From an uncultured delta proteobacterium (GTDB lineage: Bacteria > Desulfobacterota > RBG-13-43-22), in contig CAWJJC010000022.1 in NCBI GenBank assembly GCA_963843145.1, positions 64,001 through 128,000 of the forward strand: 64,000 bases of DNA, in the 5' to 3' direction. The notes beneath the pieces were generated by a model. That model did no database searches and was not told the origin of the DNA. It saw nothing but the letters and a program-made list of their open reading frames with translations. The first letter of the stretch is position 1; each line of letters begins with the position of its first letter. A program made the translations under genes and the position numbers. Shown piece after piece: positions 10,495 to 20,322 of the stretch.

Positions 10495-10578
10495 AAAGTC
10501 CTCCCCACATCCCTTTTCCCAGGCCAAGGCCTGGCAGGCTCAAGAGGAGTCAGAAGGAATAGGGGCCGTTGACAACAC

Positions 10579-11358
10579 CTATCGTTCTTTCCACTCCGGC
10601 TGTCTCTTTCCAATGGAAGCTGTCATGCCTTCGATGGCGTCGGGCCACTGGGCCTGGGAGGCCATCAACTCCTTGGCGTAATGATAGGCCTGGCGTTCGG
10701 GCATGTCGATCTGCTGGTAATAATGCTGCTTGGCCGTACCCAGGACCAGGATACTGTACTGGGCGATTTCCCGGGCTAGCTTCCAGGTCTCTTCTTCGAG
10801 ATTTTCATCGGCGACCACCCGGTTGATCAACCCCCATTCCAGGGCCTGTTGGGCGCTAATAAAGTTCCCGGTGAAAAGCATCTCCAGGCAGCGCTTGGAG
10901 CCGATGGCCCGGCTGACGGCCACCGTGGGGGTGGAACAGTTGTAGCCGATCTTGACCCCGGTCATGGCAAACTGGGCCTTTTTTTGACCGGCCACGGCCA
11001 GGTCGCAGCCGGCGACCAGGTGACAGCCACCGGCCATGGCGATCCCCTGGACCTGGGCGATAACCGGCTGGGGGATGGACCGCAAGGCGTCGTACATATC
11101 GATGCAGGTTTGAAAGAACCGGCGGACGTCGTTGATCGGCTGGTTCAGAATCTCCAAGCGGTCATGGCCGGAGCAGAACAGATCCCCCGCGGCCTGGATG
11201 ATGATCACCCGGACGGTTTTTTCGTGGCCGGCCACTTTCAAGCAATGGGTCATTTCCAGTTCGGCCTGGATGCCCAGAGCATTGCGCTTCTCCGGCCGGT
11301 TCAAAGTCAAGATGCCAATTTGTTCTTTTTCTTCATAAAGGATGTGCTGGTAGGACAT
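10579..11358 (-). CDS. Enoyl-CoA hydratase/isomerase (crotonase) family protein
   Basis: LNRPEKRNAL, FCSGHD, AMAGGCHL, WGLINRVV. Confidence 0.92.
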   Translation of the reverse strand: MSYQHILYEEKEQIGILTLNRPEKRNALGIQAELEMTHCLKVAGHEKTVRVIIIQAAGDLFCSGHDRLEILNQPINDVRRFFQTCIDMYDALRSIPQPVIAQVQGIAMAGGCHLVAGCDLAVAGQKKAQFAMTGVKIGYNCSTPTVAVSRAIGSKRCLEMLFTGNFISAQQALEWGLINRVVADENLEEETWKLAREIAQYSILVLGTAKQHYYQQIDMPERQAYHYAKELMASQAQWPDAIEGMTASIGKRQPEWKER

Positions 11359-11390
11359 GGGAGCGCTCCTTCAAAAAATGGGGTGGGGAT

Positions 11391-11483
11391 GAATGGAAGA
11401 TTGGAATAATGGAATAAAGGGAAAAACCCCCCGGGGCCTGAAGGTTTTATCATTATTCCAATATTCCATCATTCCATTACTCC
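11391..11483. repeat. Intergenic inverted array of GGAATAAT / ATTCCATC units
   Basis: GGAATAATGGAATAAAGG ... CATTATTCCAATATTCCATCATTCCATTACTCC; foldback repeat. Confidence 0.7.
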
Positions 11484-11507
11484 GAAACAGGTGATTCCTT
11501 TTCCGTG

Positions 11508-13022
11508 TTATCTTACCTCTTCCTTGTCCCGGAGCAGCCGCCGCAGGGCCTTGCCGGCCGCGGACCGGGGTATCTCGTCAATGAACTCCACAGCCGACGG
11601 GACCTTGTAGGGGGCCATTTTGGCCTTGCAGAAAGCCCGGATTTCTTCGGCGGTAGCCGTCTCACCTTCCTTAATCTGGATGAAAGCCTTCGGGGTCTCT
11701 CCCTTAAGTTCATCGGCGATGCCGATGACGACCACATCCTTAATCCGGGGATGGGCCAGCATCATATCCTCCACCTCGGAGGGGAAGACCTTTTCCCCAC
11801 CCACATTGATCATGTCTTTCAGGCGATCAACGATATAGGCATAACCCTCTTCATCCAGGTAGGCGATGTCCCCCGAGTGGAACCAGCCTTCGGCATCAAA
11901 GACCTGCCGGGTGGCCTCGGGTTTGTTCAGATACCCGCGGGTGACACAGGTCCCCCGCACGCAAAGTTCTCCCTGCTCCCTCGGGGGAAGGGTCCGGCCG
12001 CTGGGATCGACCACTTTCATCTGGGCATCGGCCATTCCTCGTCCGCAGGAGCCGATCCGGGTTTCGGTGTAGGGGGAGGTGGCGCCCACGCAGGAGACCT
12101 CGGTCAGTCCCCAGGCTTCGGCGTAACGCCAGTTCATATTTTCCTGGACCTGGCGGATGAGATTTTCCGGCATTTTGGTGGCGGCGGACAGACAAAAGAC
12201 CACGGAAGAGAGATCCCGTTGAGTCAGGTCCGGCAGCTTGAGGATCAGGTTGTACATGGGGGGGACGCCAATAAAGATCGTGGGCCTTAAGCGTTCGATA
12301 TCATGAACGGCTTTCTCGGGATAAAAACGCTCTACGGTGATCACCGTGCCTCCCCGGGAGAGCATGCCGAAGGTCCCATTGATCAAGCCCCAGCAATGGA
12401 AAATCGGGGTGGCCACCATAATGGTGTCCTGAGGGTTAAGATGGACTTTTCCGAACTCGACGGCGTTATGCCAAATGTTCAGATGGGTGGCCATGACCCC
12501 TTTAGGCCATCCCGTGGTTCCGGAGGTGTACATGAGGTGGCAGGTATCGCTGCCTTTAGTTCCCGGGTCCACGAAAACGGGGTCTGTTTCCCGCAGAATG
12601 GTTTCAAAGGCGGCGTAGGCCGGTCTACCCGATTCCTTCAACGGGATCACCGTGCTCAAAGAGGGGACCTCCGGTCGAACGGACTCGATGATCGGGAACC
12701 GGGTTTCGTCCACCAGGACAGCACTGGATTGGCAGTCCTTTAGAATGTAGGCCACTTCCTGTTCTTTGAGCAGGGCATTGACCACATTGACGATCAATCC
12801 GGCCCGGACCGTTCCCAGATACCCGATGATCAACTCCGGAAGGCTGGGGAGAAAGAGGGACAAGACGTCCCCTTTCTGCAATCCCAGTTTCAGGAAACCG
12901 GCAGCCGCCCGATCGATTAGCGTATCGAGTTCGGCGTAAGAGATGCGTCGATCTTCGAAGACAATCGCGGTTTTTTGAGGGGTTTCCTTTAAAGGTTTAT
13001 TGATGATTCGGGAAACATTCAT
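11508..13022 (-). CDS. Long-chain fatty acid/acyl-CoA ligase
   Basis: YTSGTTGWPKG, WGLTE, GWFHSGD, DRLKDMINVGGEKV, PRSAAGK. Confidence 0.93.
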   Translation of the reverse strand: MNVSRIINKPLKETPQKTAIVFEDRRISYAELDTLIDRAAAGFLKLGLQKGDVLSLFLPSLPELIIGYLGTVRAGLIVNVVNALLKEQEVAYILKDCQSSAVLVDETRFPIIESVRPEVPSLSTVIPLKESGRPAYAAFETILRETDPVFVDPGTKGSDTCHLMYTSGTTGWPKGVMATHLNIWHNAVEFGKVHLNPQDTIMVATPIFHCWGLINGTFGMLSRGGTVITVERFYPEKAVHDIERLRPTIFIGVPPMYNLILKLPDLTQRDLSSVVFCLSAATKMPENLIRQVQENMNWRYAEAWGLTEVSCVGATSPYTETRIGSCGRGMADAQMKVVDPSGRTLPPREQGELCVRGTCVTRGYLNKPEATRQVFDAEGWFHSGDIAYLDEEGYAYIVDRLKDMINVGGEKVFPSEVEDMMLAHPRIKDVVVIGIADELKGETPKAFIQIKEGETATAEEIRAFCKAKMAPYKVPSAVEFIDEIPRSAAGKALRRLLRDKEEVR

Positions 13023-13123
13023 ATCTTATCGAAACTCCTTGCTTTTTGCAAAACTTATAATTAATGTCTGGGATTGTCAATATTTTTCCCGTTGGCCGAT
13101 AGACGAAGCAGGAGGACAAAACC

Positions 13124-14182
13124 TTGAAGGACCATATCCCCTTGGGCGTCGGGTTTTACCCGGACTGGTGGAACAAGCATTACGGCCTCTCGTACGACCG
13201 GAATTATTATTTCGACCCGGAAACCCGGATCGCGGCCCGTTTGGAAATGGACCAAAGACTGCACGAACGTTTTGGGGACGTCGGCCTGGGAGACCCGGAC
13301 CCGAAGCCCAAACCCTTCATCACCTTCGGCATGGTCATGCTGCCGGCCATTTTCGGCTGCGAGATCGTCTTCAAGAAGGACGCCCTCCCCTGGGCCCTGC
13401 CGCTAAACCTATCCGAAGACCGGATCATGAAACTGGAGGTCCCGGACATTGGTAAGGTCTATCCCCTGACCGAGATAATTAAGCAGATTGATTATCTCCA
13501 GGGTAAATACGGGCGGGTCGTGGGGGATATCAATACCACCGGGGTCCAGAATCTGGCCTTGAAGCTGCGCGGCGAACAGCTTTATTTTGATTATTTTGAA
13601 AATCCGGACCTCTGCCATCACCTGCTGAGGGTCTGCACCCGGGCCATCATCCAATTATTCCAATGGGTCTATAAAATTACCGGGACCGGGGCCCTGGACG
13701 TGACCCCCATGTGCGACCCCCGGTTGTTTGTCCTGCCCAACTGCACGGTGGAGCAGGTTTCCCTGGGCACCTACGAAAAATTTAATCTGCCCTATGACAA
13801 TCAGGTGGCCAAGGCCTGTCATCCCCTGGGAATTCACCATTGCGGATCGGTGAACCAGGTCCTGGAGGGTTATGCCCGGGTCCGCCATTTGAAATTTTTA
13901 GAGATCGGTTTCGGATCGGACGTCCGGCGGACCCGCGAAGTCCTGGGGCCCAAGGTGGCGGTCAACGCCCGCATCAACCCCGTCCTGATGAAGAACGGGA
14001 CCCCGGAAGAGGTCTCCCAAGAAGTGCGCCGGTTGATCGACCAGGGCGATCCCCTGAAAAATTTTTCCATCGATACGGTCGGGCTGACCTTTGGCACCCC
14101 CGATGAAAATGTGAAGGCGGCCCGGCAGGCGGCGGCCGAATATGGAAAAATTACGAAAAAGAAGACTTCCATAAAGGAATAA
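13124..14182 (+). CDS. Uroporphyrinogen decarboxylase-fold methyltransferase (MtaA/CmuA-like)
   Basis: LALKLRGEQLYFD..ENPD, HHCG, GTPEEV..EVRRL, TPDENVKA; adjacent to corrinoid protein and activator genes. Confidence 0.8.
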   Translation: MKDHIPLGVGFYPDWWNKHYGLSYDRNYYFDPETRIAARLEMDQRLHERFGDVGLGDPDPKPKPFITFGMVMLPAIFGCEIVFKKDALPWALPLNLSEDRIMKLEVPDIGKVYPLTEIIKQIDYLQGKYGRVVGDINTTGVQNLALKLRGEQLYFDYFENPDLCHHLLRVCTRAIIQLFQWVYKITGTGALDVTPMCDPRLFVLPNCTVEQVSLGTYEKFNLPYDNQVAKACHPLGIHHCGSVNQVLEGYARVRHLKFLEIGFGSDVRRTREVLGPKVAVNARINPVLMKNGTPEEVSQEVRRLIDQGDPLKNFSIDTVGLTFGTPDENVKAARQAAAEYGKITKKKTSIKE

Positions 14183-14186
14183 AGTC

Positions 14187-15752
14187 TTGGTTTCAGGGGT
14201 ATCAAAAAAGAGGAAGCTCCTGGAAACAGCCGTTCAGAGCCCCACCCGGACGGTATGGATCGGGTCTCACCATCCTCTGGTGATCATCGGTGAACGGATC
14301 AATCCGACCGGACGGAAGAATCTGGCCCGGGCCCTGGAGGAAGGGGACCTGAAAATGGTGCAGGAAGAGGCTCTGGCCCAGGTTCGGGAAGGGGCGCATA
14401 TTCTGGACGTCAATGTCGGGGTTTCCGGGATTGATGAGCCTCGGGTCCTGCAGCAGGCCATCCGGGCCATTCAGGAGGTAACGGAGGCGCCGTTATGCCT
14501 TGATTCCGCCCTGCCCCGGGCCCTGGAGGCCGGGTTGGAAGTGTACCGGGGAAAGGCGTTGGTCAATTCCGTTAATGGAGAATCGGAGAAACTGGATCGG
14601 ATCCTGCCGCTGGTTAAGGCTCACGGGGCGGCGGTGATCGGCCTGACCATGGACGATCGGGGTATACCCCAAAAGGCCGAGGACCGGCTGGAGATCGCCC
14701 GAACCATCGTGAAGCGCGCTGAAAAAATGGGAATATCCCGGGAAGACGTGATCATCGATCCCTTGGCCATGGCCCTGAGCGCCGACCACCTTACCGCCCT
14801 GGAAACCCTGAAGGCCCTGCGGATGATCCGCGAAGAACTGGGCGTCAACCTGACCCTCGGCCTATCCAATATTTCCTTCGGTCTGCCGGACCGTACGACG
14901 ATCAATGCGGCCTTTTTAAACATGGCGGTTTGGAGCGGGCTCACCTGTGCCATCATGGATCCCACGATTCGGGAGATGCACCGGGCCGCCCTGCTGGGGG
15001 ATTTGCTGCTGGGTAAAGATGAAAACTGCCTGAAATACATTGACGTGATGGGGCGAAGGGTTAGAGGTGAGGAAGCGCTGCTGGCGGGACCTAGTCCAGC
15101 CGAGGCCCCCTCCGGCGACCTGGAACGGCTGAAGTCGGCGGTAATCGAGGGAAAACGAAGGGCAGCGGAGGAGCTCACCCGCCGGGTCCTGGAGGGGGGG
15201 ACTGACCCGCAGGAGATCATCCAGGGGACGCTGATCCCGGCCCTGAACGTGGTCGGGGAACGGTTCGAAAACCGGAAGATCTTCGTCCCGGAAATGATGG
15301 TCTCGGCCAAGGCCATGCAGGCCTGCGTGGACCTGGTCAAGCCCCATTTGAAGCAGGCGGCGGAGGAATCCCCGCTGGCCACTATCGTGCTGGGCACGGT
15401 ATTCGGTGATCTCCACGACATCGGGAAAAATCTGGTGAAGCTGCTCCTGGAATCGGCCGGCTTCCGGGTGGTCGATCTGGGGGAAAACGTCCCGGCCGAG
15501 CGATTCGTGGCGGCGGCCCGGGAACATCAGGCGCGGGTGGTCGGCCTGTCATCACTGCTGACCACCGGCGACCCTTTCGTGGAGCAGACCATCAAGGCTA
15601 TCAGGGCCAGCGACATCGCCGGAAAGGTCAAGGTGGTCTGCGGCGGCGCGGCCCTCACCCCGAAATTCGTTCTGGATACCTGCGGCGCCGACGCCCACGC
15701 CAAAGACGCGGCCGACGGGCTGAAGAAGATCAAGGAGATGGTTAGAATTTAA
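14187..15752 (+). CDS. Fusion of methyl-THF:corrinoid methyltransferase (pterin-binding, AcsE/MetH-like) and B12-binding corrinoid protein
   Basis: IIGERINPTG, LVNSVNG, GLSNISFGLP, then DLHDIGKNLV...GLSSLLT...GGA. Confidence 0.9.
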   Translation: MVSGVSKKRKLLETAVQSPTRTVWIGSHHPLVIIGERINPTGRKNLARALEEGDLKMVQEEALAQVREGAHILDVNVGVSGIDEPRVLQQAIRAIQEVTEAPLCLDSALPRALEAGLEVYRGKALVNSVNGESEKLDRILPLVKAHGAAVIGLTMDDRGIPQKAEDRLEIARTIVKRAEKMGISREDVIIDPLAMALSADHLTALETLKALRMIREELGVNLTLGLSNISFGLPDRTTINAAFLNMAVWSGLTCAIMDPTIREMHRAALLGDLLLGKDENCLKYIDVMGRRVRGEEALLAGPSPAEAPSGDLERLKSAVIEGKRRAAEELTRRVLEGGTDPQEIIQGTLIPALNVVGERFENRKIFVPEMMVSAKAMQACVDLVKPHLKQAAEESPLATIVLGTVFGDLHDIGKNLVKLLLESAGFRVVDLGENVPAERFVAAAREHQARVVGLSSLLTTGDPFVEQTIKAIRASDIAGKVKVVCGGAALTPKFVLDTCGADAHAKDAADGLKKIKEMVRI

Positions 15753-15791
15753 TTTATCAGGGTTACGAATTTTTTTGCCGGCAGTCCTTTT

Positions 15792-17645
15792 ATGGTCTCC
15801 ATACTTTTCCTGCCTTTTCAAAAATCAATTGAAACCGATGGCCGGAGGACCCTCCTGGAGCTGGGCCGCGAGTTAAGGTTGCCGTTACAGGCTGCCTGCG
15901 GAGGGAAGAAAATCTGCGGGCGGTGCCGGGTCATCGTTGAAGAAACCAGGGAACTCTTGCCAGCGCCCACGGAAAGGGAACGGGAGGTCTTAGGGGATTT
16001 AGTTGAAATGGGCTACCGGCTGGCCTGTGAAACGGTTTTGTCCAGGGGGGCGCGGGTGCGCATCCCGGAAGAGAGTCAAATCCGCCCCCCCGTTATTCTG
16101 ACCTCCGACGGGTTCGGCGAACTCCCGGTCCGCCTGCGGCCCGCGGTGGGGGCTTATTATCTGGAGGTGCCTCTGCCGGTCCAGGGGCGGGTGATTGCCG
16201 ATCGGGAAAGACTGCTTCAAGCACTGGAAGCGGATTATGGACTTAAAAAAGTCGACATCGACCCGCTCGTTCTGCCGCACCTCCCCCAAACCCTTCGAGC
16301 CTTGGAAAATCGAGTCACGGCGGCCGTCCGGAACGGCCGGAAGGTGGTGGGGTTATTCCCGGGGCGGGAAGGACGGCTGCTGGGCCTGGCCGTGGATATC
16401 GGGACGACTACGCTGGTGGCCTATCTCCTCGATCTTCTGACCGGAGAACGGCTGGCAGTCTCTTCGGCCTTGAACCCGCAGGGCCATTTTGGGGATGACG
16501 TCATTACCCGGATCGCCTTTGGTCAGAAGGACCCGGTAGGAGCGGTTCAACTCCGGGAGGCCGTCAGGCTAGGAATCAATGATCTGATTGGCCGGGTGGT
16601 GGAAAAGGCCGGCGTTCGGCCGGAGCTGATTCTGGAAGCGGCCGTGGTGGGGAATACGGCCATGCATCATTTTTTCCTGGGTTTGGAAACACAATTTTTG
16701 GCCAGGGCGCCGTACCCCCCGGTGGTCCAGGAAGGTTTGTTTATAAAGGCCCGCGACGCCGGGCTGGCCATCAACCCTTCCGGAACGGTGCATTTGCTGC
16801 CGCTCAAGGCCGGGTTTGTCGGCGGCGATATTATCGCCGGCATTCTGGCCACGGGGCTGCATAAGTCCAGTCAGGTCCGGCTGCTGATCGATTTAGGTAC
16901 AAACGGGGAAATCGTTTTAGGAAATAAAGACCGGATCCTCTGCTGCTCCACGGCCGCTGGCCCGGCCTTCGAGGGCGGGCATATCCGCTGGGGCATGCGG
17001 GCCTCGGCCGGGGCAGTGGAAAAGGTTCGGATCGATCCGCGGTCCCTGGAGATCAGCCTGGAGACGATAGAGGACCAGCCTCCCCAGGGCCTCTGTGGAT
17101 CCGGTATCCTTTCCCTGGTGGCCGAGATGATCCGGGGGGGGGTTCTTCTGGCCAAGGGAAATTTTAATCGGGAGATTACCTCCCCTCGCTTGCGGGCAGG
17201 ACGAGACGGCCAGGAAATGGTGCTCCTCCGGCACTGGGAGTCCCTGACCGACCAGGAAATCGTCTTTACTCAAAAGGATGTCGCTGAAGTACAAATGGCC
17301 AAGGCCGCCATTCAAGCAGGGGTCGGTCTGCTGAAGGAATTGTTCGGGAATAACCCGATCGAGGAAATTCTTCTGGCCGGAGCCTTTGGAAATTATGCCG
17401 ATCCGGAAGACGCCCGGACCCTGGGACTTATTCCGGCTTTACCGGCACCCAAGGTCCGCGGCGTTGGAAACGCGGCCGGATACGGGGCCTGCCTGACCCT
17501 GTTGGATAAAAACCGGGCGAAGGAAGCCGACCGGATTGCTCGAAAGTTGGAGTATGTAGAACTGGCCGGGAACAGCCGGTTTCAGGAACTGCTGGTGGAC
17601 AGCCTGCTTTTTCCGGAGGCGAAGGATTATAAGGATTTTTTTTGA
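15792..17645 (+). CDS. ASKHA-domain corrinoid reductive activator (RACo/DUF4445) with N-terminal 2Fe-2S
   Basis: CGGKKICGRC...RLAC, DIGTTT, DLGTNGE, AGPAFEG, LAGAFG. Confidence 0.92.
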   Translation: MVSILFLPFQKSIETDGRRTLLELGRELRLPLQAACGGKKICGRCRVIVEETRELLPAPTEREREVLGDLVEMGYRLACETVLSRGARVRIPEESQIRPPVILTSDGFGELPVRLRPAVGAYYLEVPLPVQGRVIADRERLLQALEADYGLKKVDIDPLVLPHLPQTLRALENRVTAAVRNGRKVVGLFPGREGRLLGLAVDIGTTTLVAYLLDLLTGERLAVSSALNPQGHFGDDVITRIAFGQKDPVGAVQLREAVRLGINDLIGRVVEKAGVRPELILEAAVVGNTAMHHFFLGLETQFLARAPYPPVVQEGLFIKARDAGLAINPSGTVHLLPLKAGFVGGDIIAGILATGLHKSSQVRLLIDLGTNGEIVLGNKDRILCCSTAAGPAFEGGHIRWGMRASAGAVEKVRIDPRSLEISLETIEDQPPQGLCGSGILSLVAEMIRGGVLLAKGNFNREITSPRLRAGRDGQEMVLLRHWESLTDQEIVFTQKDVAEVQMAKAAIQAGVGLLKELFGNNPIEEILLAGAFGNYADPEDARTLGLIPALPAPKVRGVGNAAGYGACLTLLDKNRAKEADRIARKLEYVELAGNSRFQELLVDSLLFPEAKDYKDFF

Positions 17646-17790
17646 TTAGCGGGTACCAGGACAGAAAGGCTGATACTGGATGACGACCCAAAAGCCTTGA
17701 CCCACCGCCCTATTTGCATCGTTCGCGAGTGGCCATTCGGTTACGGGGGTTTAATAAGGGAATAGCTTTCTACGCCAATTGGCCCTTTTT

Positions 17791-17836
17791 GTCATTCTGA
17801 AGGAGTCACGCCCAGGCGTGACGATTGAAGAATCTC
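17791..17836. repeat. REP-like palindromic element
   Basis: GTCATTCTGAAGGA-GTCACGCC CA GGCGTGAC-GATTGAAGAATCT. Confidence 0.6.
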
Positions 17837-17996
17837 CCTGGCAAGATGCGCATCAAAGGCCTGGTGCTGCTCGGCGTCATGATCGCGGCCACAATCTTTT
17901 ATTTATTTGCCGGGAATTTGAAAGGCTGCACCGTCACCCGGGTTGGCAACCAGCCGACACAGGACTCAAAAACCGTTGCACCTGAAAGGAGGTAAT

Positions 17997-18686
17997 TCAA
18001 CCCAGTATGATCAAGGCATCCACTGCGATGGGTTGGCCGTCCGGTTGAATTTTTAAGGGATTGATGTCGATTTCACGAATGACGGGATTTTCCAGGCCTA
18101 TGGTTCCCAAGGTGATTAAAATGTCGGCCAAGGCTTCCCGATCAACCGGCGGCATCCCCCGAAAGGCGTCCAGGATCTTTCGGCCGCGAAATTCTTCCAT
18201 CATTTGCCGGGCGTCCCAGCGGGACAGAGGCGCCACCCGGAAAGCCACATCTTCCAAAGCCTCCGTGTAAATACCCCCTAACCCGATCATCACACTGGGC
18301 CCGAACTGAGGATCGCGAACCAGTCCGGCTACCAACTCTCGCTCGCCCGCTACCATCTGCTGCACCAGCATTTGCTTCAACGGCACTTGGGTAGCGGCGG
18401 CAAGCTGCTCATAGGCTTCCCTGAGGGCCGAATCGTCTTTCAGACCGAGCTTAAGCAGGCCCAATTCCGTCTTGTGAAGCAGTTCCTCCCCCGAGCCTTT
18501 GAGCGCCAGCGGATAGCCGAGGGCTTCGGCCGCCGCCAGGGCCGCCTTCAAGGAGCTAACGGCTTTCTCGGGTGTAGTCGGAATACCATAGTCCGCAAGA
18601 AACCGTTTGGAGTGGTACTCGCTCAGGGCGCGGGCGCCGCGCGATTGGGCCTGTTGCAGCACTTCGTTCCGGACCGCCACGATCAA
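17997..18686 (-). CDS. ADP-forming acetate/acyl-CoA ligase beta subunit (ATP-grasp)
   Basis: HKTELG, RDPQFGP, EIDINPL, AVDALI. Confidence 0.92.
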   Translation of the reverse strand: MIVAVRNEVLQQAQSRGARALSEYHSKRFLADYGIPTTPEKAVSSLKAALAAAEALGYPLALKGSGEELLHKTELGLLKLGLKDDSALREAYEQLAAATQVPLKQMLVQQMVAGERELVAGLVRDPQFGPSVMIGLGGIYTEALEDVAFRVAPLSRWDARQMMEEFRGRKILDAFRGMPPVDREALADILITLGTIGLENPVIREIDINPLKIQPDGQPIAVDALIILG

Positions 18687-20152
18687 TCCTCCTCCCGGGC
18701 GTTTAGAAATTTCCCGTAATCGACCATCATCCGCAAGACCCGCACCGCCCTTTCCGGCGTAGGGTAGGAGGCCAAGCCGTAGACTTCCATTGATTCCTTA
18801 TGGAAATCCTGGGAACCCATGGTCACCGAAATGATGGGCTTTCCGGTTTCCTTGATTAAGGCCCCGGTAAAATTCATAACTTTATGGTGGCTTTCCTGAT
18901 AATAGGCGGCGATCTGTTTCAAGAGTCCTTCCTGGGCCTTCAACTGTTCATGGAAGCGGGGCTTGTCCGAAACCCGTCCGGGGATGCTGGCCCGTCCGCC
19001 CAGGGCGATGACTGCGTCGATCCCCTTCCAGCGGGCCAGCGTCTCCAGGCATTCCATGAAGGGTTCGGCGGTGATGACGGCGGCCATGTCCACCGGGTTG
19101 TTGCGGCTCCAGTAGCGGGGGAGAATTTTATCCAGCTTGTGAATTATTTCTTCGGGAAGCCGGGGGACGATCAATCCGGCTTCCTCGCAGGCATCGGTAG
19201 TGATTACCCCCCAACCGCCGCCCCGGGTCAAAATCGCCACCCGGTTTCCACGGGGGATCGGGAAGAGGGTCAGGGCCTTGGTGCAATCCATGATTTCCTG
19301 GGTGGTTGAGGCCTCGATTAAGCCCGTTTGCCGAAAGACGCCTTGATAGATGCGGTAGGAGCCGGCCAGGGCGCCGCTGTGCGAGGCAGCCGCCCGGGTA
19401 CCGGCTTGGGTCCGCCCCCCCTTGAAAACCACTACCGGTTTTTTTTTGGAAGCCTCCCGGGCCGCGGGCAGGAACTCGGAGTCGGCATCAACCCCCTCCA
19501 GGTAGGCCAGGATAACCCGGGTCGCTTCATCCTCGGCGAAGTACTTCAGGTAGTCTACGCAGGTCAGATCCCCTTCATTGCCGCTGCTGACAAACTTCTC
19601 AAAACCGATGCCGGCCTCCACCCCCCAGGCCAGTATCTGGGTGCCGATGTTTCCGCTTTGGGAAAACATGGAGACCGGCCCCGGAAGCGGCTCCACCGGC
19701 GGCATCAGGGCATGGAGGCTGGACTGGGCGCTGAAAAGACCCATGGTATTGGGGCCCACCAGGCGGATACCATACCCCCGAGCCTTGGCTACCACCACCT
19801 GCTCCAGGGTGGCGCCTTCAGCCCCGGTTTCACTGAAATCCGAGGTGATGACTACCAGATTGGGGATTTTTTTGGCGCCACAGGCATCGATCAATCCCAG
19901 GACGGTTTCCGCCGGGGTGGCGATAACGGCCAGGTCTACGGGACCGGGGATATCTTCAATTTTGGCAAAACAGGGAACCCCTAAAACCTCCTTGGCCCGG
20001 GCATTGACCGGGTAAATCGTACCCTGGTAATTCCCTTTGAGGATATTTAAGAAGACGAAGAAGCCCCATTTGCCGGGAGTGCCGGAGGCGCCGATCAAGG
20101 CCATCTGCCGCGGATTGAAGAGCAGGTCGAGATTCGGGTGCGTTCTATCCAT
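18683..20152 (-). CDS. ADP-forming acetate/acyl-CoA ligase alpha subunit (CoA-binding)
   Basis: IGASGTPGKWG, GPNTMG, SQSGN, ASHSGALAG phospho-His motif, NNPVDM. Confidence 0.92.
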   Translation of the reverse strand: MDRTHPNLDLLFNPRQMALIGASGTPGKWGFFVFLNILKGNYQGTIYPVNARAKEVLGVPCFAKIEDIPGPVDLAVIATPAETVLGLIDACGAKKIPNLVVITSDFSETGAEGATLEQVVVAKARGYGIRLVGPNTMGLFSAQSSLHALMPPVEPLPGPVSMFSQSGNIGTQILAWGVEAGIGFEKFVSSGNEGDLTCVDYLKYFAEDEATRVILAYLEGVDADSEFLPAAREASKKKPVVVFKGGRTQAGTRAAASHSGALAGSYRIYQGVFRQTGLIEASTTQEIMDCTKALTLFPIPRGNRVAILTRGGGWGVITTDACEEAGLIVPRLPEEIIHKLDKILPRYWSRNNPVDMAAVITAEPFMECLETLARWKGIDAVIALGGRASIPGRVSDKPRFHEQLKAQEGLLKQIAAYYQESHHKVMNFTGALIKETGKPIISVTMGSQDFHKESMEVYGLASYPTPERAVRVLRMMVDYGKFLNAREED

Positions 20153-20181
20153 AATAAAAGGAATCAAAAAGAAGGCGATAA

Positions 20182-20203
20182 ATTGATTGATAAGTCAATC
20201 AAT
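20182..20203. promoter_or_regulatory. Perfect palindromic operator (TetR-like)
   Basis: ATTGATTGA-TAAG-TCAATCAAT between divergent genes. Confidence 0.65.
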
Positions 20204-20322
20204 AATATACAGCAAAGAGAGGGATCCGGTCAACTAAAAACGGTTTGGTATAATTTTAGAAACCGTTTATAATCAGTCCGGATTTGCAGGCTGAAAAATA
20301 TTTTCTGAGGGAGGACGCTGCC

